Shown here one piece after another: positions 37,901-50,736 of a stretch of DNA of 62,106 nt (positions are counted from its first letter, which is position 1; the number at the start of each line of letters is the position of its first letter). Under the pieces are notes generated by a model. The model was not told the origin of the DNA. It saw only the letters and a list, made by a program, of their open reading frames with translations, and did not search any database. The DNA comes from Phoronis australis. Taxonomy: Eukaryota > Animalia > Phoronida. The translations under genes were made by a program, and so were the position numbers. Location of the stretch: NCBI GenBank assembly GCA_002633005.1, contig NMRA01000857.1, positions 57,066 through 119,171 on the forward strand. The letters run 5' to 3'.

Positions 37901-40900
37901 GTGAAAGTAAACTGATCTACAGTGTAACTGGCTAAGAGAGAGAGAGAGAGTGAAGGAGGAAGGGAAGTAGGGAGAGGGAGAGGAGAGGGAGGGGGGTATC
38001 TGACCACTATCAAGAAAGCACCTACATAAATAAATAAAACTATGTCAAGAAGTAAATGATAGATCAAAAAATAAATCTATGAGATATACGGCAGTAGTTG
38101 GATATGACGTGCCCACATTTTGAGAACCAGTTTATGCCCATTGTTCAGTGGATAAAACTGGTTCTCAGAATGCGAGCACTTTATATCCGACTATTACTGA
38201 GATATATTGTAGAGAAAACAAAATGATGTTGGGCTAACAACTGACAGACCAGGTCGAGGAAGTGGGCTGGGAGGTGACAGAATAGTCGACTGATTTGTGA
38301 ATGTTTACTAAATGTCAACAAGTCAGTTTTTATGAGAGTAATTCAGTTATTTAGCCCTTTCTCTATGATGATAGTGACTGTTGTAGAACTCAAAAGTCTC
38401 CTCTTTTTGCAGCTGAAACCGTCAAACCAAAGTTCAAACCAGGAAATGGGGAGATTGTCAATCAAGATCATGTGATAAAGTAGGTTTTAAGTCACTTGAT
38501 TTTTTGTGTGTGTAATACTAATCACTGTTTGCCAGTTACAGTAAAGGTCGTGAATATTTGTCCAACTGGTCAGAAATGAGTTGGCGACCAGTCACCAACC
38601 AGTCGGAGAAATACGCGAGTGGTCTGTTGATTTTTAGCAGACAGCCAGCAGACTTGGACTCCCATGCCAACAGGAGTGCTGACTTCCATGCACGCTCTTG
38701 AGTCCTGCCACGTCCACCATTTTGTTTTGGATTTTCATTAATTTGACCATAATAATAATAATACATTGCGTAATTGCATGTGTAAGAATTTGAAAAATAT
38801 GCCTCATCATGTGGTGATGATTTGTTCCTCGACCCGGATTTCCTCCCCAAATGGTAATGGCTTTTGGAGACCGTTCTTTGTCCGTCAGAGTTGGTTAGAC
38901 AGCCGCTTGCCAACTTGTCGCTGTCTGGTCGGACAAAAATGTGTTACCTATGCTGTACCTCAACTTCTGATTTTCCAATTCGTATTTGTTGGCCTACCGT
39001 ATATGCGCATATTTAGGCCAGTAGTACAATTGTGTTTAAAAATGTTTTGTTCAATTTTTCACATGTAAGCAGATACCCCCAATCTTCACTTGCAGGCACA
39101 GGGTTCTGTCAACTGTTTAGGGCTTTGTTAGTCCTTTTCGTTATCAATGTTAAACTAAACTCACATTCACCAAATATGGATTATTTGTATTTTGTCAATG
39201 AGTAGTCAAGCTTTGCTCTAGGCTGTTTTATGTAATTTGCTGCTTGTGTTTCAGATATAGGTGCTCATGTGGCATATTGGCTCAGTTCCACAGTATAGTC
39301 ACGCAAACCTAAATGTGGTTGCTCTCCATTTATTTCACACAAATTTCCAAAATTGTCATTTAATAAAGGCTGATTGCTTTGTTCCCATTTTGGAAAATTT
39401 ACCAAAAATTGTTATATGATATCTACATGGTACAAACCGGGCTAGTAATAGACTAATATATCCTTAATCTTTGTTTTTGTGGAGAAATTTTACAAAATCG
39501 AATTTCACGTGTCGGCCATTTTGTGTGCTAAATATGTGAAGAATTATGGTAACCATAGACACAATATACACAACAGTTGTTGCGTACTAGTCAAATCATC
39601 ACATTAGCTGTGCAGTTTTTCCCGTTTGTTTTTGAAAAAGTTTCTCACGTTACAGGTTTGAGCATGTCCCCTTGGTCACTCCCAATGGCGATGTCTTGGT
39701 TGAAGATATGAATTTTGAAGTGAAGTCTGGTGTCAACGTTCTGGTGTGTGGTCCCAATGGATGTGGCAAATCGTCATTATTTAGGACACTAGGAGAGGTA
39801 AGTTTCAGAATCACTTGTTTACTCGCAGTTCACAACATGCCTGGGCCCAGATGTGTAACACTCTGCAGGGCTCGACACTTAGCATAACATAAACTCACCA
39901 AATGCGGCTTATGTGGTCAAACAGGAACTGAGGTCGCCAAACCTGGCTGACGGTGTGCCGAAAATGAATAAGAAAAATACCTGTACAGTAGTGAAGAACT
40001 GGCGAATTCTGCAAATGTCTGAGATTGCCCAGGCAGTGATTTTTTGCACGCACACACACATGCACACACTTGCGCCCGATCAGCCATTTCGTGTTATGTG
40101 CTCCGTGACAGCTGACTCCCGTGTAAATGCAGCTATAGTATCTGAAAGTTCATTATGAATATGATTGTCCATTTCTGAGGTGCAGTGTTACGAAATTGGC
40201 CGATATTGGATATTTTCTAAGGTCCTACATAATAACCGCAAACTATGACCTATACTTAGTGCTGATGTGTATAATCTCCTCATTATGAGATGTGTTTTCC
40301 TGCCCACAGTTATGGCCACTGTTCGGTGGTAAACTGACAAAGCCTGAGCAGAGTCAGCTGTTCTACGTGCCCCAGCGGCCCTACATGACCATTGGAACAT
40401 TACGCGATCAGGTGATTTACCCAGACACTCGTCAGCAGCAGTTGGATAAGGGGACGGACGACAGTAGTCTAGAACAGATTTTGGAAAAAGTGCAACTCTC
40501 CTACATCCTGGAACGTGAAGGCGGGTGGGATGCTATCCAGGATTGGATGGATGTTCTGAGTGGTGGCGAGAAGCAAAGAATAGCTGTAAGTGAATGTTTG
40601 CTGTCTAAAAATGCAATTGTAGGCGGTCTGTTGCTCATCGTATCATACAATTCTGTCGTACACTTGAAAGCTTTGACTTGTAATAAATTGTTTAATAAAA
40701 TCAATGCCTACTTCATTTATTTCAGAACTTCTTCAGTCGAAATGGCCTCTGTGTTTTCATTGGCTCGCCTTCTGTGTGATCTTGCTGTAATTACATTTCT
40801 TGTCTCCCTAGATGGCACGTTTGTTCTACCATCGTCCTCAGTTTGCCATATTAGACGAATGCACTAGTGCTGTTAGTGTGGATGTTGAAGGGTTCATGTA

Positions 40901-43272
40901 CCAACATTGCCGAGAGGTTGGCATCACACTGTTTACCGTGTCTCATCGCAAGTCTCTGTGGAAACACCATGAAGTGAGTATTCCATCTCTCCTTTTTTTT
41001 CAGCACACACTAAAGGTAGTAGCGGGCTTTTCATGTTTGCACTCTCTAGAGTAATGAGAGCTTGAAAGTGACTTCGCTTGATCCAGACTCAGTTTCAGTC
41101 GAAAGACATTCGGTTACTACTCTACACACTTTTAGTGGTTCATTAATTTAAAAACAGAGTAATAAATCCTTCTGTCAGCCCCACCCATTAAGTTTGCTTA
41201 TTTATTTTTGTTTTTTTGAGATCGGCTGGGATTGAAATTCTCCAACTTTATCACACACAGCCGTGCATTCTACATCCCAGTGGGAAATGCTCGGAACATG
41301 ATCTCCATCATCCATGGATATTTCAAGAGGTTATCCTCTTTTTGTGAGTCATTAGTACACCCCAGCACACAGCAGTGCAAATTTGTCGGCTTTATGGTAG
41401 CAGGAAAGGTGTTAAAATGATGTTTATACCAGGAGATTGAAACTTCACACCCGCATAAACATGGGATCTGTAGAGGATGCTGAATGCGTGTCCACCAAAG
41501 ACTTGGTCACCACTTAGGAACCTAGTGAATTTCGATATAGCGCGGCAAAATCGAAAATCAGCTATTAGAAGAAATGCGGTTTTCCCGTCATGACAGGTCA
41601 TTCTATTCTCGTGGTGAACTTCACGTACTGTCGTCCATCACGATGGGGAATTCCACTTGTGTTCAACGGTGATGACGGGGGCCATTTTGTTTTTAATTGT
41701 GTATTGTACAGAGTTTGAATTTTCCTCTTTTAAGAAGATTTCCTCTTTTTTTCCTTCAATTTCTGCTTATTTGATTTTCTGATTCTTCTTTTTTCTTCTC
41801 TTTTTTATCATTATTTTGACTTCATTTATGCAAAAACGTTTATTTCTGCCAGTTAAACTTTACAGTTCTAGAAACAGTTCTTTCACACAAACCTATTTAT
41901 TTGTGGAAGGATACATTCCCTTGGAAAATTTTCCTCTTTTTTGTCATTGGTCATTCCAAGCCCTGATTGTAGATGCTGCCAGTGCATTTGATGATAGCAG
42001 ACCAAGGAATTTCAAGCTTGGCATTGTTTATCTGGAATAAGCTGACACACCGTTGACCTTTTAATGGTTAGAGATTTGTAGGATATCTGCAATGAATTGT
42101 GGGACATCGGTCAGTCAAGCAGAATGAAACCAGGGAACATATAACTTCATTTGCAACCAACAATTTTCTAATCATACAAAGAGTCACGTACAGGGGTCCC
42201 ACAGTTTGAGAGCCAGTTTCATCCACTGAAAAAGGGGTATCAAACTATTCTCAATAATCCCGGACCTCTATAAGTGACATTAAAGTGACACACAGCATTG
42301 GTTTGGTAAAGCCAAAATTGCAGAGTTCGAAGTGCAATAAATTAGTAACTGAGAATCTTTCAGTCAGATCAATCAGTGACAAACTCCATTTGGTCCACGG
42401 TGTACCAGGAACACTAATTGTAAACTCTCTGTACGTGAGAACCAAAAACAAAGGGTACTGGTTTCACCCAAAAAGTAGAGCAAAACAAAGATAGCGTTGT
42501 ATGTGGCATTAATATGTGAATATAAATTCTCTTCACTTCGTTTTCTTCTGAGCAGCTACAAACTTAAGGAACACCACTTTACCTTGAGTACTTTTTAGGA
42601 AGAGCCATACAGTGCAAGCTGGTATGAGATGCAAAGTTGGGGGAAATTAGAGAAAACTTACAAGAACATGGTCTGCTTAGCCATTGTTACCATTTATACC
42701 AACTGTAAAATATTCACTTGGGTATTATTTTTTTTTGTAAACCAGTAATAGAAGCAGTGCTATACTTTTTAAACAATGATTGATGTTTTGATGTTTTCTT
42801 GGACACCATATAAATGAGTATGTACACAGGAAGCACAGTTATCTCTCATTTTGAATTTTTGATATATTCAGTTATTGATTGATTGATTTAGTGTGATATG
42901 AATTGCAGCTTGAGTTGACATTGAAGAGTCTTATTCAATAGCGTTTTTTGTGTTGCCTGATTTCAAATTGAGGTTTACAAGATCGGCTTGTTTGATTTAA
43001 ATGAATTTTTAGACGAAACACAATAATTTCTTTAAATTTATTCACAAACATTTCCTCGCCACCCTATCTGGAAATGGCTATTCATCAGACTTCATTCAAG
43101 ATATCTGGGAAATGGAAAGACAAGGAGACACGTTCCACATAAAATCCTAATCTGTACTTTCATTACATCACAGTCTGTGTGCTTTGTTTTTCAGTTCTAT
43201 CTTCACATGGATGGACGAGGTGCATATGAATTTGAGCCAATTACATCAGAGACGCAGGAGTTCGGGTCTTGA
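22982..43272 (+). CDS. ABCD3: ATP-binding cassette subfamily D member 3 (PMP70), 661 aa; exons 22982-23100, 27261-27396, 28422-28510, 29104-29173, 30166-30192, 30875-31069, 31965-32074, 33535-33624, 34301-34370, 34658-34727, 35227-35324, 36451-36542, 37412-37506, 38413-38479, 39656-39797, 40310-40585, 40812-40973, 43195-43272
   Basis: 18 GT-AG exons join in frame (1986 nt). Motifs [47 protein letters not shown] (EAA-like), Walker [10 protein letters not shown], signature LSGGEKQR, Walker [12 protein letters not shown] and C-terminus YLHMDGRG...EFGS* match ABCD3/PMP70. Confidence 0.96.
27764..28072. mobile_element. MITE (CAGTGCTCTC...GAGGGCTCTG) with 5-bp TSD AACAC, in ABCD3 intron 2
   Basis: aacac at 27759-27763 and 28073-28077; repeated TCCCCT subterminal motifs. 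Confidence 0.65.
29210..29762. mobile_element. PIF/Harbinger-type MITE with 3-bp TSD TCA, in ABCD3 intron 4
   Basis: Perfect 16-bp TIR gggctgttccagtaaa / tttactggaacagccc; tca at 29207-29209 and 29763-29765. Confidence 0.8.
37935..37997. repeat. (GA)n / polypurine low-complexity tract
   Basis: agagagagagagagagtgaaggaggaagggaagtagggagagggagaggagagggaggggggg. Confidence 0.8.
38537..38957. mobile_element. Degenerate TA-flanked MITE in ABCD3 intron 14
   Basis: Imperfect TIRs tacagtaaaggt...tttgtccaactgg / ctggtcggacaaaa...acctatgctgta. Confidence 0.4.
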
Positions 43273-44249
43273 AAAAGCACGGGAGGCGTCCTGTTTTCTC
43301 CAACCTTGGTTGCGTTACGTGTCTAAGGCTTTTGGTCAACCTGGTGCAGTGGAAGAATCGGCTTACTGCATGTGTCTGTGGAAGTTAATTCTTGTGATTT
43401 ATAAATTATTTTAACATAATCTGCATTCAGTTCTTGCTTCTGAAATCCAAATTTTACATCTTAATATTTCAGTTATGACAAATTATTTTTTTAGTGGGTA
43501 GGGTGTGAGATTTGAAGTCATACTTGGCCTGATATGTCAGAGACACTTCGTAAAACAATTTGGATTCCCGTAAAAATGATGGGAGGTGAAGCAACGATTG
43601 GTTAAGTACATCCTAGTAACAATATGTCACAGTGACTAGGTTTGGTTTCTGGTATGACAAAAAATGTGTTTGTGACCGTTCTTGAAAATTTGTCAAAAAG
43701 AAATGTTGAAATCGTCTTTTATGAAAATAAGGTGTAAACTTCTGGATTTCAGAAGACATTGTGCATATTGCAGCGAAATGGCCTAAAACACATTCCTTGC
43801 ATGTGATCATTGAGGCATGAAGATTGTAAAAAGTATCTTCTATGTATTTAAGTGCTGGGTGGGGTTGTTCAGTGTGACACTCATTCTCAATAAGAACTGC
43901 AAAACGGGGAAACAAACGTGAAAAAATTACAGTTGACAAAATCAAAAGCAATGCTATATTCAAAATTCTCATCTTCAGTATTTTTATGTCCACAAATTTG
44001 AACACCTTTATACTCATTTTGCGATTTTATGGTGTGTGATTTTCCTCATGGTAAAGTTTTGTCTTTTTGGTGATAAAAGAATGGTTTCCATTATCTGTTA
44101 AGATATATGCCAAAAGTATAGGGACACAATGACATGGAAATCCCTGTCATGGTGAATAAGTGGAAGCTGAATTCATTGTCACAGTACCCATCCCCCATCA
44201 CAGTACCCATCCCCCATGATCGAGAGGTTTCTGTTTATGAGGTGATGAC

Positions 44250-44837
44250 ACATTTTCGTTTTCAGATGGATTTGCTGTAGTGTAGCCTCCTAGTGGCCGA
44301 TTTTCATTATGTTTTAGTCTGTTTTTTTAGGCGTCCTGTCAGTTAGATTTTACGTAGTGTACGCCTCCTAGTGGCCGTTTTTTAATTATGTTTAGTCTGC
44401 TTTTCGGTGTCCATGTCTCTAACAGAGAGAGCACTCTAAGAATTGTTACGAAAATTAGTAAATGTGTTCCTAATGGGAAGAACATTGTTGACGATTTTTG
44501 GACAGTTTGACTACTGGGGCATCCTCTAGTGGCAGTTCGCTTTTTCTGCATTTGTTTCTCCCTGTTGGATCTTTGTGAAATTTGGCAAGTCTATTTCTAT
44601 GAACGTGACAGAAGGCGACGTTTCTGACAACCACACTGGGCTCCCAGTCCTAAATTTATTTTCAGGGGCATGTCAAGTGTGCATTGCTGACTTGCTATGC
44701 GCCCCCTAGAGGCTATTTTATGTGGACTAGCATTGCTCCATGTAGTGAGAATGTTTCAAATAGTATTCATCCCTTGTATCTTCGCTATGTGCGATGCACA
44801 CCGTGGGTGCATATCAACGCTCCGCATTGCCCTTGTT
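44250..44837 (+). mobile_element. 3' fragment of non-autonomous Helentron, copy 4, downstream of the ABCD3 stop codon
   Basis: Repeats with gcctcctagtggcc / gccccctagaggc and the family terminus cgtgggtgcatatcaacgctccgcattgcccttgtt. Confidence 0.7.
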
Positions 44838-47800
44838 GAAAACTGTTCATACATTCATTTTAAATTATGAAGTAGGAATATGTGCTTATGGATATTTTTG
44901 ATGCAATTGTTTTGACAGATGTCACTCTTGCAATGCCACTGAAATTATTGGTGGCTGAATATCGACGATTGTTGGAAAACTCAAAAGTTGCCGGTAGTAT
45001 TTTATGGGAATAATTTTGCACAAGGGCTTGAAAATTTTCAGTTGTATTCATTAAAATTTAAAGTTAGCACTTCATACCATGTTTGTACTTTAGAGAAGCA
45101 TGCTACTTAAATCGAAATCAGTGCCCGGTCTCTAATCTGTGTACCAGTGACAGAAACCTAGATTGGAGTTTCAATCATTTGAGTGGTTATCTTTCATTTA
45201 ACATTTCAAACGGACATATTTTGGTGAACTGCAGTCTACAGGAGTACTGTTTTTGAAAGAGATTGAAAGTAAATTGATTAGTAACGCAATCCCTCTTCCT
45301 CTCCTCCGCGATGACATTGTTTGGCGGTTCTTGTTGAGAAGGAGTGTGTAACGTATTTTACATTACCAAATACTGTAGCCTTGTAAATACAGTTTATTTA
45401 TACACTGGTAATAGAATTAATAAACCTTAAAACAGTGCCCGTGGTGTATTGTTTTAATTAAGAACATTGTAAAAGTTACTTTTAAAATGGCTGTAGAAAA
45501 ACTGAATAAAGATGAATCGTGCAGGTCTGTTCTAGTAACAAACGAATTTTGTATCACGCAGTTTTATGAAGTCATGGCGGGCGGTTTGTTAGGTCTCGGT
45601 TATGAAACGCTTATGACTGGCTGTTCATACTGTAAAACCTTTTGTGGAAACGGAATGTTAGTGGTTCACTAAAACGGGCATTTTTCCGGAAGACATATTG
45701 ATTGATTCAAAACACGTAGAAAAATTCGTTTCTTTAAAAAACATCGATTTGGTTCGTGTTCAGTGGTGTGAAACCCTTTGTTTTTATTGTTTTTATTTAC
45801 GATGAAATAATGGTATCAACATTGGCAATTTCAAGTACACATCCTGCACAAACAGCACTGGCCGAAGGGGTGGGTGGAAAATGGTGTCACTCGGGGATTT
45901 GTCCCCGCCAAAGGAAACTTGTGCTTATACGTTGATGGTGTGAATTTTTTATCACGGTGACTGAGAGCTCGATCGTGTGTCGAGATTCCACCAGACAGTC
46001 GCAGATGCTTGTCTGAGCGCGCGGTTGTGGCAATCGGTATATACGTAGTAAAATGACCAGCGTTTACCGAGTCGTATCCTTGAACCGATAGTCGCCTTAC
46101 GCGGACGTCACGATAACCTACACTTTTGCAATTTGTTGGATTGTCAACTGGCATCGTCTCGTGATTGTCCGTTATCACTGAAGACGGTCGGCGATATGTT
46201 ACAAGGTTACTGATTGAGTTGAGAGTGCCTGCACTTTCGAGTATAGATGTGAATTATGACGCCTGGCAACTTTTTCATCAAGTGGATACTAGCAAGATTA
46301 CCGGGGAACGGGTAATATTAGTAGGTTCACAGGGGGGTGGGATTGAAGTTGTACTTATGAAAAGGGTTTCTGATTCACTCATAGCACAAGGGATCAGTCG
46401 TATTAAAAGAACAGGCGATAGTCCAAATAGCTGTGTATCCATAAATAATGTTTTTCTGAAGTTTAAATCCCTACGTGTTAAGCCGACCTGTCATGATGCG
46501 AAAGGAAAGACTATAAAACGTGGACCATTGAACAATTTGGTTCTTCAACCTTGAAGCAGTGTGGTTTTAAAAATTCATTTTGCCACCGGCCCAACAGTAC
46601 ATTACGCATGATATAAACACGAAAAACACACAAAATGGGTTGGTGCTCCCTGAATATTGTATAGTTAACTTGGCTTACTCTGACCAGGGGTTTAGCTGGC
46701 TAAATTATAGGGGCAAGTTTGGGCCTACTTCAGTTCCCTTCAGTTATTGATGAATGACCACGAGTGAAAGAACCAATTACCACTCCAGGTAAGAAAAGTT
46801 TCCTCCCAGAACTCACAAAATTAGTACCATTCACTCACACACACTGTCGCAGAAGGGTTCATTGATATTGATTTTTGTCTCTTCCGAAGTTGATTTGCAG
46901 TAGCTCCGAGCTCAGCATGTCATTTGTGGAACTTCCCAGGAGGGAACGCCCGGCACAGACTCAAAGATTGCGACTGGGGAGGCGACATCGGCTGGGACTC
47001 GGCAACTGAAAACTAAAGTTCCAACGAAAGCCCAGTTCTGGCTAATTCCCCATTCAGAAGCCCGGGTCATCGGCTTTTCCAGTTTGACCTGAGTGTGAGT
47101 CCTAAAAGGCCTACAGCTATTTTAATAACTTATCACAAAATGTTCATTGTATAAAGAATCATAGCAAAAACCTAAAGCTGCTATATGAACCATGTTTGTG
47201 TGTCGAAAATAACTTTATTCCCAGACGTATACGCTTTCAAAATCGTTATCTTGTCATAACAGGTCAGAAGTGAAATTGGTTTCTTAACGTGACAGAACCT
47301 CGCATTTTCGGTTTCAGAGCGGAAATCGATTCGTGCTGTGACTTGAAACTCAAAAGTGAAATTTATATGAAGCCATAACGTACTGTCATTTTTTTCGATT
47401 CATGTTTATCAATGAAGGACGTAAGCATGGCAACATGCTTAGAGCGAATCGAGTAAAATTAAAGCAGCGATTTAGTAAATGTATTCTTCACGAGAATTTT
47501 GAAAAGTTATCGTTCATTTCCGAAATCAGGCAGCGTCAGTTTGTTATAGTTTTGGCTGAGACGTACCCGATCAAAGATGTGTAGATCGAATGAATGCGGG
47601 TGCCGGACTGTAATTGAAACAAACTCGCTCCTTGTACTGGTATTTCTCGGATCCGTGCCGTAGGCCTAAGGGGAGGAGAGGTAGTTAATTTCAATTTTGG
47701 AAAGAAAACTGTCCGCGTAGCACCTAAAAACCTCATGCAGGTGGCGTTTTTGGTCGTGTCCGGAAGCTCCTCGGCTCAAGCCACCTATATGTACTATGTC

Positions 47801-50736
47801 ATGGTTGAAGTTCAATTATACTTGATACAGCTACCTGTAGAAACGCGCCTTACGCGACAGAAATCACACACCGTTATGAAATTTGTCTCCCAAAATTCAA
47901 TTTCGAGTTCGACTTCGAGTCAAAAAGAATAGACCCCCTGCCAGGTTTTCCAAGCCCACTCTGCAAATTTAAATATGTTGAGTGCCACTTAGGGGGCACT
48001 CAACAGGCTGCGGCCAAATCTACGGGTAGGCCAGGCTTGGGCGCATTTTAGGTGGGTATTCCATGTACATGCAGTCTAAGTGAATGTGATTTGTTTGTGT
48101 TTGCGAACATGCTGAGAATGAAAAATACCACTTCGGCAGTACATGTAGCTGCACTTCTCTTCAAGATGGCGACCCTGTGCTGCAATTGTGCATTGCTAGG
48201 TAGCAAAATTGGCACGATTTCGGGTAGCCCTCAATCAAGCCAGATTTGCAAAAAAACTAGATGGTTGACTGTAGGCCCACTTTTGGAGCACATTTTTGGA
48301 ATTGGTATAACATTTGCTTTCAGAATCTAATGTTGGCTTCAGTCGAGCATCGGCAGTGAAGTGGTGGTTTTGGGCTGAAAAGTGCCGATTTTGGGGGATT
48401 TGTCCCTTTTTCGTAGGTTACCTTGCTTTTCAGTAGGAAAGGGTCAAATTCTGTGCTCGTCTGGAAGCTCGTGATGTGAAATGACTCGAAACATTTGCAT
48501 ACAGCGGCAGAATGAAGAAAGGGTGACAAGTCCATTGACGTGTGTTCTGATGGGTAAACACCTGTGAGAACTGTTCTGTACCCCCTAGTGTTTGTAATTA
48601 CGTCATCAGTACCCGGAAGTAAGCCGTGTGGCCGAGGAAAAGCAATGGCGGTGGTCAAGGAGAGTACGCACAAGCCGAGACATCGCGAGTTGCTAGCTGC
48701 AGATGACTGACTAACGCAAGACCACTCATTGTAATTTATCGGAGGCACATGCCCCTACTGTTTTTGGATCGGTGATTTTGCCGTGATCGAGTGTTGAAGA
48801 TCCAAGTTTAAAATTTTTAAAGCGCGTGAGAAGTTAATTAATTCAGTTGTGAACTAAACACAATTTAAAAGGTCCCAATGGCTCTGCAAGAAGGATCAGA
48901 AGAGCGGTCTGGACTTCAAAACACTGAGCACAATCCAGTGAACAGAGACGATGGTGCTCACAGATCGGCTCAGCCCGTGTACAACCCTGTATTACGCCCA
49001 GCAACACCGAGCGGCAAGACATCACACTGATGAATGCTTCAGCCAATTCAGAAGCCGAAAGTTTGTGGTAGTTTTTTCAATTTATCTGTGGAGGCACTAA
49101 AAGCACCAAATGTATTAACTGAGACCAAACGGGCAGGTAAAGAAGTACGAGTTGTCCGAAATCTGCCTAGTCACTTCTGTACTTTCTAAAATGCTTGAGA
49201 CATATTTCAATGTGACCAACCCTTCCTAAGTCGCCAACCAAAAAGAAAGGAAAGGGGCACGGGATATGAATCACACTTTGATTGCCGGAATTCAGAAGTC
49301 GAGCAGATTGTCGTACCTCCTCGTTTTGAATGTAAAAGCATGTTTGCTTTTGTACATAGCCTTATATACATGTAAGGTTATCTAAAACCTGATTTAGGAC
49401 TTTCATCATTCTGACTCATATCAAAAAACAGGCTATGTCAATTATCTAGTACAAGTTTATATTTTTTGAAAGAAATAAGATCAGTAATTATAATGTATGT
49501 TTTATCCTGATGTGCCATTATTATATTACGGAAACACTTTTTAAGTCGAAATTTCATTTTTAAGAAAGGCACAGCCATCGGTACCAAAATAACTGCTTGG
49601 TAGAATTTAATGAAACCCCTTTTAAGTGAAAACTTCACAATTTACCTCAAGAACGGTGTTAAGAATTTTCGATTACTTGTTTTGTTTTGTTTCTATGCCA
49701 AATTAACTCGCAAAACGTAAGGTATTTTTAACAAAATGAGCAATCGTAATCGTCTATCCTATGGTACGTTTGAAAGGAAAATCCTGAGGGAGTTTTTTGA
49801 GATTGTTGAGTAAATATTAATATTGGAAAGTTTCATTGAAATTCACCGAGCCGTTTTTAAGACCTCGTGTTGAAATTAAGTCGATTTGCCGAAGCCGAGA
49901 AAAAGCGGAAAACGTCGCAAGTCTTCAGAACGTGACCGTGAATCATTCGGTGAAAACTTATTTTTGATGAATATATCTTATACATGCCTTAACCATTTTT
50001 GCTATTTCAACATTTACTTGCAATGTCAAGTGAATTTGCAGTGCGTAATTAACTTAGTTATCACTAAAACGTTTTAATTTTGTGAATGGGCATCGAGTCA
50101 AGGCAGAGTCAAGTGTTGACCTACTTAATGGTAGGTCAACAGTTCACCACGCGCTGGGAGTGAAACCAAGTACGAAATGGACAACAGAAATCGAGTCGGT
50201 AGTTAAAGCGCGTCGTGAGCATGAGATCGAAACATCGAAATGTTCAAATTACCGATCAAATTAATGAAATCCGGTAAGGATTTATCTCTTTTCACACCTT
50301 GGTGATTGTATATTATTTTTGTTATTGTTGTTTTTGTCAATTTTAATCGTTGAATGAATATTAATATTGGAAAGTTTCAGTGAAATTCACCGAGCCGTTT
50401 TATAGATTTTTGTTCGTGCTATAAAAATAGCACTTGTTGCAAATATTGCCATACTCTAGTTGTTTTTATATTACTATTGGTATTTTTGGGTTAACGTTTG
50501 TTGTTGTACTTCACCGCCGACGTTTTTTTTTTCTTACTTACGTATACTACTAATTACTTCGTGAACACAAAGTGACAGAGGCGTTGCGGCTACTCGGATT
50601 CGGTGAATTTGTTTCGACGAGTCGTATGCATGCAGACGCACAACCCCCTCACTATCAAAACTACGTTTTGTCTTCGTTTTCCCCGACATCTTTCTATCCT
50701 ACACCTCGTTGACTCAATATTATGGCGACTTGGTGA

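Noticed and set aside
45831-46554. Overlapping 115-aa and 129-aa ORFs
   Set aside because: No recognisable homology, splice signals or motif; left uncalled.
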